Source of the DNA: Gammaproteobacteria bacterium
Lineage (GTDB): Bacteria; Pseudomonadota; Gammaproteobacteria; WFUO01
Reading direction: 5' to 3'
Assembly: GCA_015484945.1 (NCBI GenBank)
Contig: WFUO01000064.1
Coordinates: 1,373-65,372, forward strand
DNA: 64,000 nt
The translations under genes were made by a program, and so were the position numbers. Shown in pieces: positions 9,191 to 15,464 of this stretch. Each line of letters starts with the position of its first letter. Position 1 is the stretch's first letter. The notes under the pieces are model-generated. The model did no database searches, had not been told where the DNA came from, and was given only the letters and a program-made list of their open reading frames with translations.

Positions 9191-11800
9191 ATGAAAAGCA
9201 GTGCCGAGATTCGCCGTGCGTTTCTGGATTTTTTCCGTGAGCGCGGCCACGAAGTGGTGCCCAGCAGTTCGCTGGTGCCAACCGACGACCCGACCCTGCT
9301 GTTCACCAATGCCGGGATGGTGCAGTTCAAGGAGGTCTTTCTCGGTCACGAGACGCGCACCTATACCCGTGCCGCCAGTGCCCAGCGCTGTGTACGCGCC
9401 GGGGGCAAGCACAACGATCTCGAAAACGTCGGTTATACCGCGCGTCACCATACCTTCTTCGAGATGCTTGGCAATTTCAGTTTTGGCGATTATTTCAAGC
9501 GTGAGGCCATCCAATACGCCTGGGAATTCCTGACCGTCAACATGGGCCTGCCGCCTGAACGGTTGTGGGTCACGGTGTATGAGGAGGACGATGAGGCCGC
9601 GTCGATCTGGCTCGATGAAATGAAGGTCGATCCGGCGCGTTTCGGTCGTATCGGCGCCAAGGACAATTTCTGGTCCATGGGTGATACAGGCCCGTGCGGG
9701 CCCTGCAGCGAGATATTCTACGATCATGGGCCGGAGGTTGCGGGCGGCCCCCCCGGTTCGCCGGATGAGGACGGTGACCGCTATATAGAGATCTGGAACC
9801 TGGTGTTCATGCAGTACAACCGCGACAGCGACGGTACGCTGAGTCCGTTGCCGAAACCGTCGGTGGACACCGGCATGGGTCTTGAGCGGTTGGCGGCCAT
9901 TCTGCAAGGCGTGCACAGCAACTACGATATCGACCTGTTCCGGCACCTGATCCGCGCTGCGGCCAGGGCCACAGGCTGTCAGGATACCGGCGAGAACTCG
10001 CTCAAGGTCATTGCCGACCATATCCGTTCCTGCGCGTTTCTCATCGTCGATGGCGTCTTGCCTTCCAACGAGGGCCGTGGCTATGTGTTGCGCCGCATCA
10101 TCCGCCGCGCCATTCGTCACGGATACAAGCTCGGCCGTCAACAGCCCTTCTTTTATGGTCTGGTCGGCCCGCTGACCGAAGTCATGGGCGAGGCCTACCC
10201 GGAACTGGTTGAGGCACGGGAACACGTCGAGCAGGTGCTTCTCAATGAGGAACAGCGCTTCGCCGAGACGCTGGAGCAAGGCATGAAGATTCTCGAGGAG
10301 GCCATCAGCCGGCTGACGGACAAGACGATTCCCGGCGATACCCTGTTTCGCCTCTATGACACTTACGGTTTTCCTGTCGATCTGACCGCCGATATTGCCC
10401 GTGAACGGGGTTTGCAGGTCGATATGGACGGTTTCGAACGGGCCATGGCCGAGCAGCGCGAACGCGCCCGTGCCGCCAGCCATTTCGGGATCGACTACAA
10501 CGATGACATCAGGATCGACACCTGTACCGAATTCACCGGTTATGAGCAGCTTGCCGATCAGGGGCGCATTGGCGTGCTGATCGCCGGCAACCGGCGGGTC
10601 GAGCGTATCAGTGAGGGAGACGAGGCGGTCATGGTGCTGGATCGCACGCCCTTCTACGCGGAATCCGGTGGACAGGTCGGTGATACCGGCATCATCGAGG
10701 GCCCGCATGGCCGTTTCCGCGTGTATGACACCCGCAAGCAGGGCGAGGGCGCGTTTGCGCATTTCGGCAAGGTCGAAAGCGGCCGCTTCGAGACCGGCGA
10801 GACCGTTAGCGCACGAATCGACGCCGACCGCCGCCAGGCCACAGCGCTCAACCATACCGCCACCCATCTGCTGCATGCCGCGTTGCGCAAGGTGTTGGGC
10901 GAACATGTCACCCAGAAAGGGTCACTGGTCGAGGCCGAACGGTTGCGCTTCGACTTTTCGCATTTCGAGCCACTCAGTGACACGCAACTGCGGCAGATAG
11001 AAGACATGGTCAACGATCAGATCCGCCGCAACACCGAGGTCGAGACACGGATCATGGCCTACGACGAGGCGGTCGGTTCGGGCGCCATGGCTCTGTTCGG
11101 CGAGAAATACGGCGACCAGGTACGGGTGCTGCGTATCGGTGATTTTTCCATCGAGCTGTGTGGCGGTACCCATGTCCGGCGTACCGGTGATATCGGCCTG
11201 TTCCGGATCGTCTCCGAAAGCGGCGTTGCGGCCGGCGTGCGCCGCATCGAGGCCGTGACCGGGCAGCATGCGCTGGCATATGTAAGGCACACCGAGCAGC
11301 AATTGCAGGCCATCGGCGAGCTGGTCAAGGCCAGCCGTGACAAGGTGCAGGAACGCGTCCGCCAACTGGTCGAGCGCAACCGCGGGCTGGAGAAAGAGCT
11401 CGAACGGCTCAAGGCGAAGCTGGCCAGTTCGGCCGGTGACGATCTGGCCGGTCAGGCCGAGGAGGTGGCCGGTATCCAGGTGCTGGCCGCGCGCCTCGAT
11501 GGCGCGGATCCGAAATCGTTGCGTGAAACCGTTGACCGGCTCAAAAACAAGCTTGGCAGCGCCGCCATCGTTCTGGCTGCGGTCAATGACGACAAGGTCA
11601 GTCTCGTGGCCGGCGTAACCAGTGATCAGACCGCGCGTATCAAGGCTGGTGAGCTGGTCAATGCCGTTGCCCGGCAGGTTGGTGGAAAGGGCGGTGGTCG
11701 GCCGGACATGGCCCAGGCCGGCGGCAACGATCCGGCTGCCCTCGATCAGGCCCTGTCGGGTGTGCGTGGCTGGGTCGAAGCGCGCCTTGGTGGCGCTTGA
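9191..11800 (+). CDS. alaS: Alanine--tRNA ligase
   Basis: 869 aa: [47 protein letters not shown]..., full length with the C-terminal DHHA1 region. Confidence 0.98.
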   Translation: MKSSAEIRRAFLDFFRERGHEVVPSSSLVPTDDPTLLFTNAGMVQFKEVFLGHETRTYTRAASAQRCVRAGGKHNDLENVGYTARHHTFFEMLGNFSFGDYFKREAIQYAWEFLTVNMGLPPERLWVTVYEEDDEAASIWLDEMKVDPARFGRIGAKDNFWSMGDTGPCGPCSEIFYDHGPEVAGGPPGSPDEDGDRYIEIWNLVFMQYNRDSDGTLSPLPKPSVDTGMGLERLAAILQGVHSNYDIDLFRHLIRAAARATGCQDTGENSLKVIADHIRSCAFLIVDGVLPSNEGRGYVLRRIIRRAIRHGYKLGRQQPFFYGLVGPLTEVMGEAYPELVEAREHVEQVLLNEEQRFAETLEQGMKILEEAISRLTDKTIPGDTLFRLYDTYGFPVDLTADIARERGLQVDMDGFERAMAEQRERARAASHFGIDYNDDIRIDTCTEFTGYEQLADQGRIGVLIAGNRRVERISEGDEAVMVLDRTPFYAESGGQVGDTGIIEGPHGRFRVYDTRKQGEGAFAHFGKVESGRFETGETVSARIDADRRQATALNHTATHLLHAALRKVLGEHVTQKGSLVEAERLRFDFSHFEPLSDTQLRQIEDMVNDQIRRNTEVETRIMAYDEAVGSGAMALFGEKYGDQVRVLRIGDFSIELCGGTHVRRTGDIGLFRIVSESGVAAGVRRIEAVTGQHALAYVRHTEQQLQAIGELVKASRDKVQERVRQLVERNRGLEKELERLKAKLASSAGDDLAGQAEEVAGIQVLAARLDGADPKSLRETVDRLKNKLGSAAIVLAAVNDDKVSLVAGVTSDQTARIKAGELVNAVARQVGGKGGGRPDMAQAGGNDPAALDQALSGVRGWVEARLGGA

Positions 11801-11978
11801 GCTTGTCCTCGGTTCTTTCGGCACAGCGTTTCCAGCGTTATCAGGCCGGGAAATGACCGGATCACGGGCTGGCACTTTATTATTCAATAGAATTGCGGTT
11901 TAATGAGCACTTTTTGCAGACCGGCCCCTGTTGCGGGGGCCGACACATCGGTATCGGCAAACAGACACTGAAACGGAC

Positions 11979-13199
11979 ATGGCACTGATCGTCCAGAAAT
12001 ACGGAGGCACCTCGGTCGGCAGCGTCGAGCGCATCGAGCATGTGGCCGACAAGCTGATCGACTGGCGCAAGCGTGGTCACGATCTCGTCGTGGTCGTATC
12101 AGCCATGAGTGGTGAGACCAACCGGTTGTTCGAGCTGGCCCACAGTATCAGTGAGCACCCAGTGCCGCGTGAGCTTGACGTCCTGTTGTCCACCGGAGAG
12201 CAGGTGACCATCGCCCTGTTGTCCATGGCGCTGCACAAGCGCGGATACGATGCGCGTTCCTATACCGGTTCGCAGGTCCACATTCTCACCGACAACGCGC
12301 ACAACAAGGCGCGCATTCGCGAGATAGACAGCCAGCGTATCCATGCCGATCTCAAGGCCGGGCGCATCGTCGTCGTGGCCGGTTTTCAGGGTGTGGATGA
12401 TGAAGGCAATATCACCACCCTTGGACGTGGCGGTTCGGACACCACAGCCGTGGCACTGGCAGCGGCCCTGAAGGCCGAGGAATGCCAGATCTACACCGAT
12501 GTCGATGGCGTTTATACCACCGATCCACGGGTCGTCCCGCAGGCCAGGCGCCTGGACCGCATCACCTTTGAGGAAATGCTGGAGATGGCCAGCCTGGGTT
12601 CCAAGGTGCTGCAGATCCGCGCGGTCGAATTTGCCGGCAAGTACAACGTACCACTGCGTGTCCTGTCCTCGTTCGAGGAAGGTGATGGCACGCTGATCAC
12701 CTATGAGGAAGAAGGTATGGAAGAAGCGCTGATTTCCGGTATCGCCTTCAATCGCGACGAGGCCAAGCTCACCGTTCTTGGTGTGCCGGACCAGCCCGGT
12801 GTGGCGCACAAGATACTGGGCCCCGTCGCCAACGCCAATATCGAAGTCGATATGATCGTACAGAACATCGCCGAGGATGCCAGTACCGACTTTACCTTTA
12901 CCGTGCACCGGAACGATTACCGTAAGGCGCTGTCCATACTTGAGGATATCGCAAAGGAACTTGGTGCGCGCGAAGTCATCGGCGACGACCAGATCGTCAA
13001 GATCTCGCTGGTCGGGGTAGGCATGCGCTCGCATGCCGGCATCGCCAGCACCATGTTCGAGACCCTGGCCCGGGAAGGCATCAATATCCGCATGATTTCG
13101 ACATCCGAAATCAAGGTTTCCGTGGTCGTGGATGAAAAATATCTGGAATTGGGCGTGCGTGCCTTGCACGAGGCCTTCGAACTCGACCAGGCCGGCTAA
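11979..13199 (+). CDS. lysC: Aspartate kinase
   Basis: From ATG 11979 it reads MALIVQKYGGTSVGSVERIEHVADKL...VVVVSAMSGETNRL..., with C-terminal ACT domains, ~406 aa. Confidence 0.95.
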   Translation: MALIVQKYGGTSVGSVERIEHVADKLIDWRKRGHDLVVVVSAMSGETNRLFELAHSISEHPVPRELDVLLSTGEQVTIALLSMALHKRGYDARSYTGSQVHILTDNAHNKARIREIDSQRIHADLKAGRIVVVAGFQGVDDEGNITTLGRGGSDTTAVALAAALKAEECQIYTDVDGVYTTDPRVVPQARRLDRITFEEMLEMASLGSKVLQIRAVEFAGKYNVPLRVLSSFEEGDGTLITYEEEGMEEALISGIAFNRDEAKLTVLGVPDQPGVAHKILGPVANANIEVDMIVQNIAEDASTDFTFTVHRNDYRKALSILEDIAKELGAREVIGDDQIVKISLVGVGMRSHAGIASTMFETLAREGINIRMISTSEIKVSVVVDEKYLELGVRALHEAFELDQAG

Positions 13200-13213
13200 C
13201 CCGAATGTTGCAC

Positions 13214-13317
13214 CAGCCGAACCGTACTGAAAACATAAGCAACTGAAACAGCGTACAAAATGGATAATGACAGTAGATTGCCACCTGTAACAGTTTGTTC
13301 ACCGTACGGTTCGGCTG
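13214..13317. repeat. 14-bp perfect inverted repeat (cagccgaaccgtac / gtacggttcggctg) separated by 76 nt
   Basis: The arms lie at 13214-13227 and 13304-13317, directly downstream of the lysC stop in the 349-nt lysC-csrA spacer. Confidence 0.8.
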
Positions 13318-13548
13318 ATGCAATATCCGGGCTAACGCTATACATGCACACCGGCATCCTATATCCTTGTCAGTGGCAGGGTTAAGCCGCGACCAGGGTT
13401 CCCGGGGATGCCGGAGAACAACAACAAACCGGGAAATCTTGTGCTTTAGATCTGGTGACAATGGCCGCTACACTGCACACAACGGCGCCAATGATCACAG
13501 GATCGTGTGGGCATATTTGGTGATTGATAGACAGCAAGGAGACAACAA

Positions 13549-13764
13549 ATGCTTATCTTAACTCGTCGTGTGGGAGAAACCCTCATGATAGGCGACGAAG
13601 TCACGGTAACCGTGCTCGGCGTCAAGGGGAATCAGGTGCGTATTGGGGTAAATGCACCGAAAGACGTCGCCGTACATCGTGAAGAAATCTATGAACGCAT
13701 CAAGCGTGAAGAAGAGCAGGGAGGCGAGGGCGCCAATACCGACAACGACGGTAACGCAGTCTGA
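13549..13764 (+). CDS. csrA: Carbon storage regulator CsrA/RsmA
   Basis: [52 protein letters not shown], a near-canonical CsrA with an acidic tail. Confidence 0.97.
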   Translation: MLILTRRVGETLMIGDEVTVTVLGVKGNQVRIGVNAPKDVAVHREEIYERIKREEEQGGEGANTDNDGNAV

Positions 13765-13790
13765 CCCTGGCATCTGCCGTATAGAACGAA

Positions 13791-13818
13791 CAGCGGCCCG
13801 CCGGGCCGCTGTTTTTTT
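13791..13818 (+). terminator. Rho-independent terminator after csrA
   Basis: Hairpin cagcggcccg-ccgggccgctg followed by a T7 run. Confidence 0.8.
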
Positions 13819-13820
13819 GC

Positions 13821-13849
13821 TTCAACTTTTTCCCGGCTGTTGGTATGAT
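13821..13849 (+). promoter_or_regulatory. Candidate sigma-70 promoter of the tRNA-Ser/tRNA-Arg region
   Basis: TTCAAC, a 17-nt spacer, then TATGAT. It lies immediately after the csrA terminator. Confidence 0.4.
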
Positions 13850-13884
13850 TTGCGCCTGTTTCCGGGTGCCCGGCGGGTTGGGGT

Positions 13885-14002
13885 GCGGAGCGCCCGAGTA
13901 AGGCGCACCCAATCAGGAACAGCCGCGCCGTTGCATGAGTCAACGAAACGGCATGGTTGGGCGATGCAAAAAAATGTTTCGGAGAGCTGGCCGAGTGGCT
14001 GA
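13885..14002 (+). repeat. 118-bp direct repeat copy 1 (tRNA-Ser leader plus first 22 nt of tRNA-Ser)
   Basis: 117/118 identical to 14080-14197. It ends with ggagagctggccgagtggctga, the 5' end of tRNA-Ser truncated in the D-loop. Confidence 0.95.
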
Positions 14003-14095
14003 CAAGCAGCCGCCCTGGCGGCTGCGCAGAACGCTGGAGGCATCGGAGATGCCGACGGCGGCCCCGAAGGGGCGAGGGCGCGGAGCGCCCGAGTA
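14003..14095 (+). repeat. Four-hairpin element, copy E1 (93 nt)
   Basis: Layout: CAA, P1 (gcagccgc/gcggctgc), GCAGAAC, P2 (ggcatc-gga-gatgcc with an extended imperfect stem), GCCCCGAAGGGGC, GAGG, P4 (gcgc-gga-gcgc), CCGAGTA. It is flanked by tRNA-Ser D-loop bases: ggctga on the left and aggcgcaccc on the right. Confidence 0.85.
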
Positions 14096-14197
14096 AGGCG
14101 CACCCAATCAGGAACAGCCGCGCCGTTGCATGAGTCAACGAAACGGCATGGTTGGGCGACGCAAAAAAATGTTTCGGAGAGCTGGCCGAGTGGCTGA
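14080..14197 (+). repeat. 118-bp direct repeat copy 2 (runs into the intact tRNA-Ser)
   Basis: See 13885-14002. This copy continues into the complete tRNA-Ser gene. Confidence 0.95.
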
Positions 14198-14265
14198 AGG
14201 CGCACCCCTGCTAAGGGTGTATGGGTTAACGCCCATCGAGGGTTCGAATCCCTCGCTCTCCGCCA
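14176..14265 (+). tRNA. tRNA-Ser (anticodon GCU)
   Basis: A 90-nt class II cloverleaf. Acceptor ggagagc/gctctcc, anticodon arm caccc-ctGCTaa-gggtg, long variable arm atggg..cccat, T-arm cgagg-gttcgaatc-cctcg, encoded CCA. Confidence 0.97.
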
Positions 14266-14310
14266 TATAACAAAGGGGCCCAGTGGGCCCCTTTGTTATA
14301 TGGCGGAGAG
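14256..14310. repeat. 26-bp perfect palindrome that includes the tRNA-Ser 3' end
   Basis: ctctccgccatataacaaaggggccc, loop agt, then gggcccctttgttatatggcggagag. The left arm begins inside the tRNA acceptor 3' strand. Confidence 0.95.
14279..14310 (+). repeat. 32-bp direct repeat, copy 1
   Basis: cccagtgggcccctttgttatatggcggagag is identical to 14465-14496. The two copies bracket a 154-bp insert that carries E2. Confidence 0.95.
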
Positions 14311-14339
14311 TGAGGACTTGGTTTGGACCCTGCGTTCGA

Positions 14340-14415
14340 CAAATCGCCATGGATGGCGATTTGCACAGCGCCTAAGGCGCTGCCCGAAGGGCGAGGCACA
14401 GGGATGTGCCGAGTG
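14340..14415 (+). repeat. Four-hairpin element, copy E2 (76 nt, most divergent)
   Basis: Layout: CAA, P1 (atcgcca-tgga-tggcgat), tt GCACAG, P2 (cgcc-taa-ggcg), ct GCCCGAAGGGC, GAGG, P4 (caca-ggga-tgtg), CCGAGTG. Flanks are gcgttcga on the left and aatcccgagc on the right, which resembles a T-loop. Confidence 0.8.
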
Positions 14416-14464
14416 AATCCCGAGCTTTTAGCGGTGTATTCTTGCAAGATCACAACCAGGCTGT

Positions 14465-14496
14465 CCCAGTGGGCCCCTTTGTTATATGGCGGAGAG
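14465..14496 (+). repeat. 32-bp direct repeat, copy 2
   Basis: Identical to 14279-14310. Confidence 0.95.
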
Positions 14497-14532
14497 CGGC
14501 TCTGCTTCGTCCGGTTTAAGACGATTTTATAC

Positions 14533-14561
14533 TCGACATGGTTTTGACCGATCGGTATAAT
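14533..14561 (+). promoter_or_regulatory. Candidate sigma-70 promoter for tRNA-Arg(ACG)
   Basis: TCGACA, a 17-nt spacer, then TATAAT. The -10 element ends 18 nt before the mature tRNA 5' end. Confidence 0.55.
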
Positions 14562-14579
14562 CTCGCTTCCTCATACATA

Positions 14580-14656
14580 GCGCCCGTAGCTCAGCTGGAT
14601 AGAGTACCTGGCTACGAACCAGGCGGTCGGAGGTTCGAATCCTTCCGGGCGCGCCA
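14580..14656 (+). tRNA. tRNA-Arg (anticodon ACG)
   Basis: 77 nt. Acceptor gcgcccg/cgggcgc, D-arm gctc..gagt, anticodon arm cctgg-ctACGaa-ccagg, T-arm ggagg-ttcgaat-ccttc, encoded CCA. Confidence 0.97.
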
Positions 14657-14664
14657 TACATGAG

Positions 14665-14686
14665 ACCGCCTTCGGGCGGTTTTTTG
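14665..14686 (+). terminator. Rho-independent terminator after tRNA-Arg
   Basis: accgcc-ttcg-ggcggt followed by a T6 run. Confidence 0.8.
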
Positions 14687-14764
14687 ATATCTCGACGATA
14701 AATTACAGCGGATTCGAACCTCCGACGTTTCAATCAGGGCGGTTCGACAAGCGGCGGGAGCCGC
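14666..14764 (+). repeat. 99-bp direct repeat, copy 1
   Basis: Identical to 15112-15210. It contains the terminator, an inverted tRNA-Arg T-arm fragment, and the CAA-P1 part of E3. Confidence 0.95.
14710..14726 (-). other. Inverted 17-nt copy of the tRNA-Arg(ACG) T-arm
   Basis: ggattcgaacctccgac is the exact reverse complement of tRNA positions 14626-14642 (gtcggaggttcgaatcc). It is duplicated again at 15156-15172. Confidence 0.9.
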
Positions 14765-14830
14765 GCAGAACATCGTCGGCATCGAAGATGCCGACGATGG
14801 CCCCGAAGGGGCGAGGCCGCAGGCCGAGTA
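14748..14830 (+). repeat. Four-hairpin element, copy E3 (83 nt)
   Basis: Layout: CAA, P1 (gcggc-ggga-gccgc), GCAGAA, P2 (13-bp perfect stem catcgtcggcatc-gaa-gatgccgacgatg), GCCCCGAAGGGGC, GAG, P4 (ggcc-gca-ggcc), GAGTA. Flanks are ggttcga on the left and atccttccgggcgcgcca on the right. Confidence 0.85.
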
Positions 14831-14848
14831 ATCCTTCCGGGCGCGCCA
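14831..14848 (+). pseudogene. Displaced copy of the tRNA-Arg(ACG) 3' end (T-loop to CCA, 18 nt)
   Basis: atccttccgggcgcgcca is identical to 14639-14656. Confidence 0.9.
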
Positions 14849-15111
14849 ATATAACCCGCATGTTCCACCAGTCGAACAACGCTTGGGGGCATGCGGTTAA
14901 TCTCTCCAATAGGCCTTATCGTCATAACAAGCCGTGGTGCCGGGTATTTCCCCTAGCGTTGTTCTATCCCGATTCCGGCGGTTTCTCGCTCGCTGTGGCT
15001 TGGTTTTCACTCAAGCCATAGAGTGGCTATGGCATTCGTTGCAAACCGGCGCCACAGCGGCTGCGAATTCCGCCGGTTCTCGGGATCCTGGTGAAACCTG
15101 CGGGTTATGAG

Positions 15112-15210
15112 CCGCCTTCGGGCGGTTTTTTGATATCTCGACGATAAATTACAGCGGATTCGAACCTCCGACGTTTCAATCAGGGCGGTTCGACAAGCGG
15201 CGGGAGCCGC
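15112..15210 (+). repeat. 99-bp direct repeat, copy 2 (includes a second copy of the terminator hairpin)
   Basis: Identical to 14666-14764. After the P1 hairpin it diverges (agcaagtcccc instead of gcagaac). Confidence 0.95.
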
Positions 15211-15464
15211 AGCAAGTCCCCGGGCAGGTGTTGTGAAAACGGCGATTTGTATTCCGTGTGAACAGTCCGTCTGTTATCCACGATTTGTGCCCAGGGCCAT
15301 GCCATTTTTTTTCATTCATCATTTAACGCGTGTCTATTGTGTTACCAGAACCATGAAATTCCAGATGACGGGGTGTCATGGCAAACCATCACAATGGCAG
15401 GAAATACACAGGGAATTTTCGACAAGTTAATGAAAAACTGGAATAAATATAGTATTAATAGCCT

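Noticed and set aside
8924-10906. 660-aa ORF on the minus strand
   Set aside because: It is antisense to recX and alaS and has no recognisable motifs. alaS on the + strand is unambiguous.
11801-11978. Lysine riboswitch in the lysC leader
   Set aside because: The spacer is only 178 nt and shows a single GC hairpin (ggcccc..ggggcc). I could not recognise the multi-helix L-box core.
13652-14453. Several 70-150-aa ORFs on both strands across the tRNA region (for example 13689-14138, 13822-14205, 14135-14350)
   Set aside because: They run through tRNA genes, terminators and duplicated non-coding repeats. Their internal peptide repeats simply mirror the 118-bp DNA duplication.
13800-15250. An integrase, transposase or prophage that could explain the tRNA fragment scars
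   Set aside because: No ORF with integrase or transposase motifs exists here or anywhere else in the window. Whatever caused the rearrangements is not encoded locally.
15233-15430. 65-aa ORF and a possible Pho box (tgtcatggcaaaccatcac) upstream of ppk
   Set aside because: The ORF has no RBS or family resemblance and lies in an AT-rich promoter region. The Pho-box match is only a partial half-site, too weak to call.
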